From the human T2T-CHM13v2.0 reference genome, Homo sapiens: a DNA stretch of 64,000 nt. Every line of letters begins with the position of its first letter. Positions within the stretch are counted from its first letter, which is position 1. The notes below the pieces were generated by a model. The model was not told the origin of the DNA and made no database searches. It worked only from the letters and a program-made list of their open reading frames with translations. Positions 12,452 through 25,329 of this stretch are shown in pieces. A program made the position numbers and the translations under genes. The stretch lies in NCBI RefSeq assembly GCF_009914755.1, contig NC_060933.1; one strand, written 5' to 3'.

Positions 12452-13599
12452 TTTTTGTATTTTTAAAATATATTCCCTTGGGATCCTCAGGAATATAAAC
12501 CAGACAGTCCTATGTTTTAACATTGTTCATTTGATCTTCCATATGATAAAGTGGTAATATCCCTTATTTACGGATGACAACTCAGGGCTGGGTGCCTGCC
12601 TAAGTACCAGAGCCATTCTCTCTTGAATTGTCTTTGGTGTAGATGCCAAAGAAACAAGATCATTTGGAGTCATCCAGTTGCTACGACGTGGGCTTAAAAA
12701 ACAGTTTCACTGCTCCTCATGGCTAGTTATCTATATACCAGCAAATCTCCATCACTTTTGCTTTTTTAATTTACCTATCAGAAGGCTGGGACACTACTAG
12801 GCCACATAAAGATGTACTCCTATAAGTGTTTGCTTTATCGTTTCTTTTTTTCTGAATATCTCTTAAAGGGCAACATTAATGGTAGGTTTAAATGAGATAA
12901 CTACAATACATAAAACACCTATATGTAACCAGAAACATTGTAAGCATTCGATCATCTTCTTCCATTAATGATTTTTTCTCTTCCCTGTAAATAAAGCCAG
13001 GAAAAGCCATTGTAGAGTGTAGAGTTTGGTTGATCAGGTTCTTTTTGCATTCACTAGAAACTTGCATGAAATCTTAGACATGGCTACATTTTTTATCTTC
13101 CCCCAGAGTAAAAGACAAACAAAAATCCCCAAAATATATCCTAACAATCTGGAAAAGATAGTGTGCAAACATTTTTTATGCTGCTTCCACAGCAGATAAA
13201 CTGGTAACAGGCTAAAGGAAGTGAATTGTATGCAAGGTTGTTTGAGCCTTTCATTTTGCATGGACCATTTCTGGTCTAGAAAAGAAACAATAATTTGGAA
13301 AAAGATTTGCATAGGAGAAACCATCTCCCATAATTATTTTAAGTTCATTTATTCTTCTGGACTGTGTTCTTATCAAATAAACAGTACAACTCTAGCTTGC
13401 CTATATTCTGCCCTTTCTAAATTACCATAGATGCAGAAAACAGGCTTTCAGGTAGAATCATGACACAGTGATAGAATAGAATCCTCTGTTAACTTTCTAA
13501 TATTATATATCATCTCTGAACTTTGGCTTTCTCACCTGTAAAAATGGGTATACCTTACAGTAGAGAATCCCCTTGGTTGAAACTTCCACTGCTCTCGAG

Positions 13600-14090
13600 A
13601 TACATACCACACTTCTTAGTTCAGCATCAAGAACCTTGATGTTTTTCTGTGTTCCCCTCTGGATAAAGCTAGTATCAGCCCCCTCCTCCCACTCTTCATC
13701 TGGTCAAGATGAAATATTTGCTTTGCTAGAATGAGCAAAATTCCCCCAGCATATGCAGTTCCCTTTGCCTAGAGGATATTTCTTCCCTTACCTCATCACG
13801 TTACTTTCTAGCCATACTTCTGTTCTCAATTTAGATGTGACCACTTCCTGCAAGCTTCTTTTAACTCCTACCCACAGCTAGATTAAACACCCTTCCCATG
13901 TCCTTACTTGAAAACCCCATGCAACTCCTATACTGAACATTTTTGCAGGTCTTTCATATCATATTTATATGTCTGTCTCCCTTCCTAAAATTTAAAATTC
14001 TACAGGGCACAAAATGTATTTACATTATTGCTATAGCAAAACAGTTGTAGCCCAGATCTTAGCAATACTAATAACTTCATTAGCAAATGT
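13600..14090 (+). mobile_element. L2 3' fragment
   Basis: Degenerate L2 motifs 'gcagttccctttgcctaga', 'tgtctgtctcccttcctaaaatttaaaattctacagggc'. Confidence 0.55.
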
Positions 14091-15554
14091 TATTAAAGAA
14101 TATGCTTTTTAGGACGTTTACTAATGATGTAATTAAAAATCAATATCTATTGGTAGCAGGTTATGCTAATGTAACACTTACTCTGAACCAGATATGCATG
14201 TCTTTAAAACATATTCAGCTATCTCTCATTTGTCTCTCTTCAACCACTTTTAAAAAATGTCCATCTTTCTTAAACAGTTCAAAAATCACATTTTTAATTA
14301 GCCAAGTGAAGGACCATTTTATCAATTCCCACACAGTAAAGAAAATCTCACTTATGCGGATGAACAAAAGTGATAACAGATTATTCAACTTTATATTGGT
14401 TTGTGGTGCAAACTCCTTATTACATGACTGAAGCCTTATCATTTATAAGACTATGGAGGGAATTTGGGTGGTGTTTATTGTTGTGAATCCTATAAAAAAT
14501 AAAACTCCAGGAAAAATAAAAAAGCTTTGTGGTTTTTGATTCATCTGTTTTAATCAAAGGCTAACAAGAAGCAAAGGAGCAGAAATACTAAATGGAAATG
14601 GATACCTTTATTGTTTGTCTTTGCTTTTAGAAATAGTTTGATGGACATATTAAAAGCAAAAATCTTTAAAGGACTTTGCAGGTAGACCACCTCCAGAATT
14701 CTGCAAAGGCTTTGAGCTAGGCCCTGGCTACATACTAGGGAATCACCATGGAGTTCCAATTTACTGAATACTTAGAGGATGGCACAACACTGTCATCCAT
14801 GCCCATAGACCCGGGGAGAATTTTCCTGGAACTTCTGAAAGAATTAGCAAGTTCATGAAGCTCAGTAATTGCTCTGCCCAGTGGACCACACCACCTCATT
14901 ATTCTCTGAAGCTTATTGAAGTTACATATGCAATAGGAGCTGGCTGCAGGATTAATCAAATAGAATTGTCCTTGGAGAGATCATACATATGTATTAACTA
15001 AGACTTTTAAAGAAGACTTTGATAATACCAAACCACCAGGTTGAATTGTAGATGAATTCATGTATAGAAATAATTCAGTTCAGTTCATTTTATCACAATT
15101 CACAAGGCACAATTAAAACTAGAGCAAAGGGAAGTAATCTCTGCAGTTACTTTGTCTTCATTAAAACATACTATTTTCTTTAATACATATTTTTATTTAA
15201 TGATATGTAATATTTAAAGAGTGTGTACAAAAGATACTATATGTAAAAATAAAAGCTATTAGTATATAACTATTAATAAAAGACAACAATGCAGCTAAAT
15301 ACAGTCTTGCATCAAAATTGCAAAGGAAAAGAATGCGGAGAAAGTATACTCTGGAAGGAATATGAAAAAGAAATAAATGTGAGCTTCTTGGGAGCAGGTA
15401 TTGTATTTTTTCATACATATTTTTAGTTCAGCAAAGCACATAATAGGTGTTAGATAATTGTTGATTGGACTTAACTGTTTCTTGAACCAAACTTGAAATT
15501 ACAGCAGAAAAAGAAAGTAGGCATGCCCCAAAGTCACTGTAAATCCCCTATGTG

Positions 15555-15806
15555 AGAGGTCCACAGATTGGAATGGATAAGCCAAATCCAGGCTGCTTTC
15601 TCTTTTTGTAAATAACATTCTGTTGAAACATATTGGAATGTAGTTGTGCATGCACATGACACACACACAAACGCACACACATGCACACATGTATGGTCTA
15701 TGCCTGCACTCATAGTACAATGACAGAGTTAAGTAATTGCACAGAGACCATAGGTACCATAAAGTCTAAAATATTTACTATCATGTATAGGACAAACTCT
15801 TGCCCT
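15555..15806 (+). mobile_element. MER58A (hAT-Charlie) with internal (CA)n
   Basis: 'gccaaatcc...tttttgtaaataa...acagagttaagtaattgcacagagaccata...aaagtctaaaatatttactatc'. Confidence 0.8.
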
Positions 15807-15999
15807 ATATGCTTACTTATATTGTGAAATGAAGAGAACAGCCATGATCTGACATCTATACAATCTTCCTAGCATCTTCAGTTTCAGCCTAGTTTGTATT
15901 ATAGGCTCATGTGTCCTTAGAAAATCAGTACAGATATGAGATGACGGTGTGAGATGTGAATGGAAAAAAATGATGAAAAGCATATCATAATCTCATTTT

Positions 16000-16215
16000 A
16001 AAATTCTGGGCTCTTACAGTTCTGAATTTGAATCCTGGGCTCTAGGGCTTGTCAGCCGTGATATGGGGCAAGTTGCTTAACTTCTAAGTACTCATTTCAC
16101 TTCTAGAAAACAGGGGTGGAAATATTCATTTCATAACATTGCCAAGAGGATTAAATAAAGTAACATAATTAGAGTATCTTGTTGGTAATACATGTTCAGT
16201 AAATATGTCTTATTC
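16000..16215 (+). mobile_element. MIR
   Basis: MIR core 'ttgaatcctgggctcta...gggcaagttgcttaacttct...gaggattaaat'. Confidence 0.75.
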
Positions 16216-17065
16216 CTTCATAAGACTAATCAGTTCATTAACCTTGTAGTGGGACTTCATTTTCTGGTATGTTTACAACTGTAGTAAAGAGAGAATTGGC
16301 TAGTTGTTTCAAAGCCTGCATGCCATCTCCCAGCCTTCTGTAATTCTCAACAACAATAATAACAACACAAGTAATTTTACTGAATAAGACTGGGACATAA
16401 GCTTAAAAGTATTTTTATAAAATTTATATATGCAGTATTACAGGAACACAACTGTTAAATTCAATGAGAAATTTGGTTTATTAATGAAACTAAGCTGTAT
16501 TTCACCAAAACCTTTTGACAATTCCTTGGTGCATAGGACATAAAACACAAAGTTATTGTTATTTGGTAAGTTAAGTCTCTGTAATTACAATTATAAAAGC
16601 AACATTAACCAAACCTGGGAAACATGCATTGGAGATCCTACATTATTACTTTGCACTTACACTTGCAGGATTTTCATTTAATTTTAAATGTTATTCTGTG
16701 TGGCTTTGTAAATAAATAACAATCTTTTTAATCAAAAGACTAACAAAAAGCAAATGGATCTTTCTCTTTTTTTTCTGTCTTTACATTGCCACAGAAAATT
16801 ACTGTCTCATACTCAAGTCTCAAGAGCTAGGAAGATAGCAAAAAGAAATAGGCTACATTCAAACCATGAAGTATCAGTGGGAGTTTTGGAATTTCTTTAT
16901 AGTCAGAACTTAAGAATAACCATCTGTTTTGAGGAGGTGGATCAATGAAGGACAGTGTTGTTAATTATATTCCATAGATTTCTACATTAATACTAAAAGG
17001 AAGGACACTATAAGTTTTCTATATCAAGGAAGAGGGAAGGAATTGGTCAAGATAGGGGAAGCTCT

Positions 17066-17505
17066 TGTTATGGCTTGAATGTCGATGGTCCCCACCAAAA
17101 CTTATATGGAAGCTTGGTCCCCAGTGTAATGGTGTTGAAAGGTGGTGTTACTTTCAAGAAGCATTTGGGTCATGAGGAATCCACCTTCAAAAAAGGATTA
17201 ATGCAGTCTCTCAAGAGTGAGTAGGTTTTCACACTTGCTGGACTGGATTAGTTACTGTGACAGCAGCTTGTTATAAAGTGGGGTCACCCCTCATGTTCTC
17301 TTTCTTTCACACCTGCCTGCTTTCCCTTCTGCTTCTCCATCATGTTATGGCACATCATGAGGCTCTCACCAGAAGCCAGTCAGATACCGTTGTACAATCT
17401 TGGACTTCCCAGCCTTCAGAATTGTGATTCAAAATAAACCTCTTTTATTTATAAATTACCCAGGCTCAAGAATTCTCTTATAGCACAAGGAAATGGGCTA
17501 AGACA
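17066..17505 (+). mobile_element. Solo MaLR LTR (MSTC/MSTD-like)
   Basis: 'tgttatggcttgaatgt...tggacttcccagccttcagaattgtga...aataaacctc...gggctaagaca'; perfect 5-bp TSD GCTCT (17061-17065, 17506-17510). Confidence 0.9.
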
Positions 17506-18039
17506 GCTCTCACATGACCTCAAGACTGTATTTGATGCCATCACTGTGAAATATAATATTAAATATAAGAATATATTTCCAGAGAGTGTTTAAGCTAGCA
17601 TGAGTCTTTTGGTTTTTATTAATTGACACCTGAAATGTCCTGTATGAAGAAAAAGCTAGTTACTCTATTTTAGATGGCTCTTGAAAGTCAGGTAAGAGAT
17701 AGAGTTGCCAGATCAGTGGCAACGATATAGAAAACTAAGTGTGTTTTTGTATATATGTGTGTGTAGACAATAGTTAACTTCAAGGAAGACAAAATGTGGT
17801 ACAAAATTATATATATAATCATAATATAGTGTCATCTGTGTATAAAATTTCCATAGTTATAATGAGGCAAACACTGAATATTGATTGAGCTATAAATTGT
17901 GATACACTTATTTTGGTAGAATTGGCAAAGGGGATGCATGTAAATGTGTATAGGTGCAGTGAAAAATCTAAATTCTGATCCTCTATAGTAGAAAACCAAA
18001 AAACAATGGCTAAAATTGAAAATCTAGAAATAGCACTAT

Positions 18040-18358
18040 TGAGCAACACAGACACAACTGGAGGCTATTATCTTAAGTGAAATAACCAAGAAACAGAAAG
18101 CCAAATACCATATGTTTTCATTTATAAGTGGGAGTTAAACAATGAGTACACATGGGCGTACAGGGAAGAATAATAGATATTTTAGATTCTAAAATGTGGA
18201 AGGGTGAGGAATAAAATGATTATCTATTTGGTACAATATACACTGTTTGGGTGATGGGCACACTAAACGCCCAGACTTCACTATTATGTGAAATTTCATG
18301 TAACAGACCTACACTGGTACTCCCTAAATTTACTATAGAAATTAAAAAATAAATGTAA
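18040..18358 (+). mobile_element. 5'-truncated L1 (L1MA1-2/L1PB-like) 3' end
   Basis: L1 3'UTR; 14-bp TSD 'agaaatagcactat' at 18026-18039 and 18359-18372. Confidence 0.9.
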
Positions 18359-18502
18359 AGAAATAGCACTATCATGATGTTATTTAGCAATATGGGGGAA
18401 AATTTTTTTAAAGTTGAAAGTAGATGTCTTTGAAAATGGTATTAGCTTTAATTATTTTTACTATAAACTTTGTAGTATTATCTGACTTAAAAATATAGGT
18501 AG

Positions 18503-18797
18503 GGCGGACACGATGGTTCACGCCTATAATCCCAGCACTTTGGGAGGCCGAGGTGGGTGGATCGCTTGAGCTCAGGAGTTTAGGACCAATCTGGGCAACA
18601 CGGCAAAACCCCATCTCTACAAAAAAATACAAAAATTGAGCCAGGCATGGTGGCACACACCTGTAGTCCCGGCTTCTCGAGAAGTTGATGTGGGAGGATT
18701 GCTTGAGCGTGACAGGCGGAGGTCACGGTGGGCCAAGGTTATGTCACTGAGACCCTGTAACCTCCCCCCCGCAAAAAAAAGTAAAGAAAAGAAAAGA
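18503..18797 (+). mobile_element. AluJ
   Basis: Alu dimer 'gcctataatcccagcactttgggagg...ggatcgcttgagctcaggag'; degenerate right-arm 3' end. Confidence 0.9.
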
Positions 18798-19448
18798 AAG
18801 TATATGTGTATATTTATTTGATGAAATGAAAATTTAATTTACATAAATTAAATATAAGTGGTTTTAGAGATATTTTCAGGATGTTTAAAATTATGAGGTC
18901 AATGTGTAAACCTTTGCTCATGTTGACTTTTCTTTCCAAATTGGCTTAGCAGCACAATTTTTGTTTTTGCTCTCTCCTCTCTAAGCTCAGGAACCATAGA
19001 TGTCAAACATTTGAATTCCTACTGATGAGCAAAACTAGATTTCAGAAGAGCATACTAGAAGTAGAAAAGACATTTCGTTTTTTTTTTCCTAGGAAGCAAA
19101 TGAGATTTTATATCACAAGAACTTTTCCTGTGTATTTTCCTTATAGGTAATGGTGCCTTTATTCAGTCATGTGATTCCTAAACACTGATTGTTCAACAAT
19201 GTGACTTCCAAATCCATAATCTTTTATTGAATCCAGTGGTTGTTTCAATAAGAATAAATAGTTATATTCCTCAAAAGTTAAGAGGCTTAATTAGCAACAA
19301 TAGGAAGTATTATAATCCTCCTCTCTTCTGTCAGTTTCATTTAAACAATCAATAGGCAGGTAGAAGGACTAGGGGACAGGAAGGGGAAGGGAAGGGCTAT
19401 TACTATTTGTTCAGATAGGGAGAGAGAGAAAGAGTCAAAGACAGAGAG

Positions 19449-19478
19449 TTTTTTGTTTGTTTGTTTGTTTGTTTGTTT
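19449..19478. repeat. (TTTG)n microsatellite
   Basis: About 6 tttg units. Confidence 0.9.
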
Positions 19479-21888
19479 TAAATTAGACCTTACAACATCC
19501 TAGGATGCCTTAATTTTCTAAGCTGTGCCCAAGGTTGCTTACTGGAAATTAAGGGATCTGAAATTCAAATTGAAATATCTTTCTCCAAAGTCTACATTTT
19601 CATCAGCTAGCCAAAACTAAGGACAATTCGGAATCCGTCCCAGGTCTGGCACCTTGCATTTTGTCCCTGCTCATATAGTTGCTAAATATAGCACGGATAT
19701 TTATGAATTCATTATTCATAAGATTTAGACCCTAACATTCATTTTAATACATAACCTATATCTGTACATTTTTAGAGTACCTAAAGTAGAAATCTAAACA
19801 ATTTTTGGATGCTTCCTGAAGCATCTCTGTTTCACTTTCTATATTATAGGATTAGCTTGCAGCTCTCTTCCAAAACATGGCATAATTGAAGTTGTATAGT
19901 GAGGAAAACTTGGAAATGATCAGGGTTGGGGGAAACACAGAAGGGGTGAACAATTTCTGCCAACATCATAAGAACTCTTTGAAAATCCTTGGCTATTAGC
20001 TAAAGAACAAGATTAGACTCATGTCAAACTTCAAAGCTTCTTTCTAACCACCTATTCTAAAAAGCTTTTCTCTAGAAATAAAATAGTTTCCCTTTTCTTC
20101 ACAAAACAGTGAGAAATATATTTCTGCTTATTTATATATTTTTTAAGATAAAATTCTTTGAGTTTATATGAGAGGATGAATTCTTGTCTTGCCCTTTCTT
20201 GTCAAGGATTTTTCAAGGTAATAAAGAAAAATACATGTAAACATTTTCCCAATTTGTGATGAGCAGTCAATAAACAAAAAATGTTAATCATACTAATTTC
20301 TTCTCGCTGGCAAAGTGATGCATAAATAATCTATTAACATACATGGGCCATCAGGGTTAAGCTGTTCAAACATTGTTATTGATTTCTTCCATTTCCCCTA
20401 TGCTCACTTCTTATTCAACCAGTACTATATAACTCCTCTTTTCCATTATATTGTAAAACTTTGCTCCCTTGAGCATCTCTGTGAAGCTCTGCTCTTAAAA
20501 CATTAATTAAAGGGAGTTGAAGTGTTTGACTAATCAGCAGAGGAGTCTGTAAGGCTCCAATGCTGAATGACAAATGTCAATATCTGCTTTAGGTTTGTTG
20601 GATCAACGAGCCAATATGGAGAAACTGATCCATCGTCTTGTCACCAATTCCCATAGCACCCCAGAAACCTGCCAATTAAAAAAAAAGTTGTAATCACAAT
20701 ATATCACTCAGCCACTATTGCAGGAACATGATAAATAGGGACCTTTTTCTTCCTCTCTGTTGAGTATTTGATGTCTTTTTTGAAAATTTATTCCATTTTT
20801 TAGGTTGATGCAAACTCAAATCCAAAATGAAAAAGAGCACCTTAAGATATATATTCCTCTATTCTTTTTCCTGAAGCATAAATTAACATTTTATTGAATA
20901 GGTATAAATTCTTGTGGACTTTTGAAAAGTGACAGAGATGGTTAAGACAGTAACTTGTATTACTGAGAACTAGCCAATTCAATAGCTCTTTTTCTCTGCA
21001 AAGGCAAAGTTTAGAATTTCCTTTGGTGAATATTCACTAAAAAGTGGAAGGTGATATAACACACAAACCCTTTAATATTCCTCATTCCTTAACAGGACAA
21101 AGGTACGCTACATAAATCTTTCCAGCCACATTTCCTGCCTCTCTCTTACTCATAACCTTTTCTCTAGCTATTCTAATCTGCAGGAAATCCTCTCAATGTG
21201 ACAAATATGTCTCTGGGCATGCTTTTTGGATTATGTGGAAGTTTTTCCTGAACATTGGACCATTTGGTCAGCTTCTGCAAGTTCTTCCAGACTTGACTTC
21301 AATACTACCTCCCCTTAGACATACCCTTGAAATCCACTCAAAGACTGAGTTAAAGACCCTTTTCTGGGCTGCTTCTCTTAACTTTCATAACACTTGGTCC
21401 ATGCTCTGTTCAAACCTAGGTGCTTTAATCCTTTTACTGTAAATATGAGATTTTCTCATGTGTTTCCCTTTTAAGGTAGTGAGCTCCTTGAAGGACAGAA
21501 AGCATTTCACATGTGCCTTGTATTCCAATCACAAGCATAATGACTGGTACCCAGTATGTACTCAGTTTTGATAATGCATCAAATTATTTTTAAAACTTAT
21601 ATGCTTAAACCTCTGAGCAGCTAGCCATTATCTCAGAATCAAACCCAGCTTCTTATCATCTTTGTTCCCTTGTCCTTCCAGAGGTGAGGAGCCCAGCTCC
21701 TCATCTCTAGCTTCCTGTTGATCCAACCTCCCTGTCCTTTATTCTTATTTCTAATTTACCTTCCTTCATCTTCTCCTATGTGACAAGTTTCTATTTATCT
21801 GGGGTCATTTGTACATGCTATTGCCTATGCCTTAATATCCTTTATCAATAATGTCAATATCAATAATATTAATATCCTGGCCAACCCA

Positions 21889-22474
21889 TTTTTTTTTTAA
21901 AAGATGGGTTCTTGCTATGCTGCCCAGGCTTACCTTGAACTCTTGACTCAACTGATCCTCCTGCCTCAGTCTCTCAAGTAACTGGACTCCAAGTGCATAC
22001 CACTTCACTTGGATTTAATTTTCTTTTTTTTTTTTAGACGGAGTCTCGCTCTGTGGCCCAGGCTGGAGTGTAGCGGCACCATCTCGGCTCACTGCAAACT
22101 CCGCCTCCAGGATTCAGGCCATTCTCCTGCCTTAGCCTCCTGAGTAGCTGGGACTACAGGTGTGCACCACCATGCCCAGCTAATTTGTCATATTTTTAGT
22201 AGAGACGGGGTTTAACCACGTTAGCCAGGATGGTCTCGATCTCCTGACCTCATGATCCACCCGCCTCGGCCTCCCAAAGTGCTGGGATTACAGGCATGAG
22301 CCACTGTGCCTGGCCTCGGCTTTAATTTTCACTGTGTTTTTTGTTTGTTTTTATAGAGATGAGATCTTGTTATGTTATCCAGGCTAGTCTCAACCTCCTG
22401 GTCTCCAGCTATCCTCTTGCCTCTGCTTCCCGAAAAAGCACTGAGATTACAGATAGGAACCAGCATACCTGGCC
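21889..22474 (-). mobile_element. Old Alu (J/FLAM-like arms, 21889-22012 and 22335-22474) split by a younger Alu
   Basis: Two diverged monomers flanking the AluS/Y at 22024-22315. Confidence 0.75.
22024..22315 (-). mobile_element. AluSc/Y nested in the older Alu
   Basis: 'gttagccaggatggtctcgatctcctgacctc'; TSD 'tttaattttc' on both sides. Confidence 0.9.
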
Positions 22475-24423
22475 CTATCTTCATTTTGAAAAGCCATTTC
22501 TTTAGGACATATTTTCCTGATACTTTTTCCCAAAACCAAAATTATGACTGAAATTGCCTAATCCAATGACATCTTCATGGCTGTTATCTAACACATAACA
22601 TTAGTGTATAGATTCATTCCTTTCCAGACTATAAGCTCCATGAGAGGAGTCATGTTTCTTTTATTCACAGTTGAATTTGTGACACTGAGAAGAGACATCC
22701 AGTAAATCTTTGTAAACTGAATAAATAAATCTTGAATATATGAACAAAATTTGATAGCACGAACTAAAGGCTGTAAATGTGAATAGTTACCATTTAAAAA
22801 TTAAGCTTTTGTAGTAAAATTTATGAAATATGCTTCTAAGGAAGCTATATTCTTTACTGTGTATTCCGTTTGCATTGAGCAACACAACAAGCTTGAAACA
22901 AGAGTGCCTTTACTCTTAAAACTCACGTGCCTCAGTTTTTCCCACTCAGGCAATTGGCCTAGCAAGGATCCAGAAACCTGGGGATATTATTAAATTAGAA
23001 TGAAAATGTGAATAATTATTTCTCCTTAATGCCCCCCACCCCAATAATTGCTTGCACCTGTGATTTTCTAGACACACGTTAGTGCCACACTCTTTTCCTC
23101 CACATCCAGGTGAGGAGTAACTGAAGTCACTTCACAAATTTCTCCACACTTTAGAGGCAAAAATGTTGGCACTTGCTGACCAAAGACTGCATAAGTTTTC
23201 ACATTCTGTGACCTATGTTTTAATCTTAACGTTCATTGTTTTGTTCCACAAAGTAGAAAACAAAATAGAAGAGGAGGAGGTGGAAATCAGTGGTACCAAG
23301 CAAAATGTCTGCAAGGCCTGAGACAGCAAATCTTGCCATGTCATACTCTTAGCTATTATCTATAGAGGCTGCGCAATGACTTTCCGCTTTGCTTCTCTTG
23401 TTCATGTTCAAAGCCTTTGTTCAGTAAACAGGTGTTGCTGATCTTGGAAGAGGAATAATAGGGGCTGGAGCCTCTAACACAATCATGTAAAACACTGATG
23501 ATATTTTGGCTTAAAAATAAAGCATCCCCAGTGACAGAGCCTGCTGAAATCAGTAGAATTTATGAACTTACTTATTTATTTGCCTTCTGTCTGAACAAGA
23601 ATCTTACCATGGAATTAAAATTCAGCAGACAGAAACCCAAGTTGAGAACTACGCTCCAGGTATCGTTTTTAATCTTTTATCTGATTCACAGTGATGAACA
23701 AGACAGCATTAAAACTCCTCTAGTCATTTTCTCAAACACTGCAAAGCAACAACAAGGACCATGATTGCTTTTAAGGTAAATCCTCACTAAAATATTCACA
23801 GACCAAACAAAGAAAAATAAGCAAACAGAAGGCCAGGAAAATTAAATGCTTTACCTTCTGAACTGTCAGGGTTGGTCTATGTGCTAAAGTGTAGACCAGA
23901 TTCAGAACAAGTTATTTAATATCTAAATGTCTCCTCAATGCTCTTTTTAGAACTTCTTACAGCTCATCTAAAGTTATTAAAAGGAAATAATAAAATTCCA
24001 CCATCACTATAATTTCATGAACTGTTATTTGTTGGATTTATGTAAATATGAAGCTCTGTCTTTTAAAAAATTTCATTTTATGTCACATGGAGGTAGTCTT
24101 TACAGAAAGCTGCAAATGTAATAAAGATAGTCTCAAGTATTTTTTTAAATAGTAATATATAGCACAGTGGTTTTAAGAGGATATTAAATGCATTTTTAAA
24201 ATTAAGCATATTTATGAAACTCCTTTTTCTGTTTCCTCATGCAACCATACTCCACTTATTTTGATATATTCCCACCTTTATGAGATCCTTCTTTCATAAT
24301 TGGGAAAAGATTGATCTGATTCATAGAATCCTTAAAAGTGTTTCTAGTTCATTTTTCTGATCTCTACAAGATGCACACAATTTGTCTATGGCTATAGCTA
24401 TAGGCTAAAACATTACTACTTGA

Positions 24424-24748
<325 letters not shown>

Positions 24749-25329
24749 ATGATCTGTTTACTCTTTTTAGGGGCTTGTATTAGTATCTTCTTGACTGCAC
24801 AGAATTAGGGCAGTCCCCGTTACATCCTAATTCTTCTCCCTACTCAATATAAAATTCCACCTAATTAGAAGGGAAGCATTACTAATATCCATGAGGTTTT
24901 TACACTTTAATCTTTTGATTTAAAATAGACAAACTGAGGCCAAAAAAAAGATATTGAGTTTATATTCCATGACTCATTTCGGTTTTTCACTTTACTTTGT
25001 ACAATGACAGGTACAATCATAGAAAATGATATTTTTTCATGTTGGGCTCTATTTGAGGTCTGAAAATGGAGTCAACTTTGGTTAATTCTCCATTGATAAT
25101 TGAAGATTAGTAAAATTCCTTATTTTCCACAAAAAATTAATTAATCTGCCTTCTGCCAAGATGGGGCTGAATTTAGGCAGTAGCAGCCAATTTTAATAGG
25201 GTCATATTTTTCTCACTTTTCTTCTGCTGAGAGGCCCCAGAAAAATAATGTATCTTTCTTTCTTTATTTATACTTTTCAGAATCTGATTTATTTATTTTT
25301 ATTTTCTGTTTCCTTTTTTGTTTATATAT

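Noticed and set aside
19808-19826. Short inverted repeat gatgcttc-ct-gaagcatc
   Set aside because: 8-bp arms are expected by chance in 64 kb
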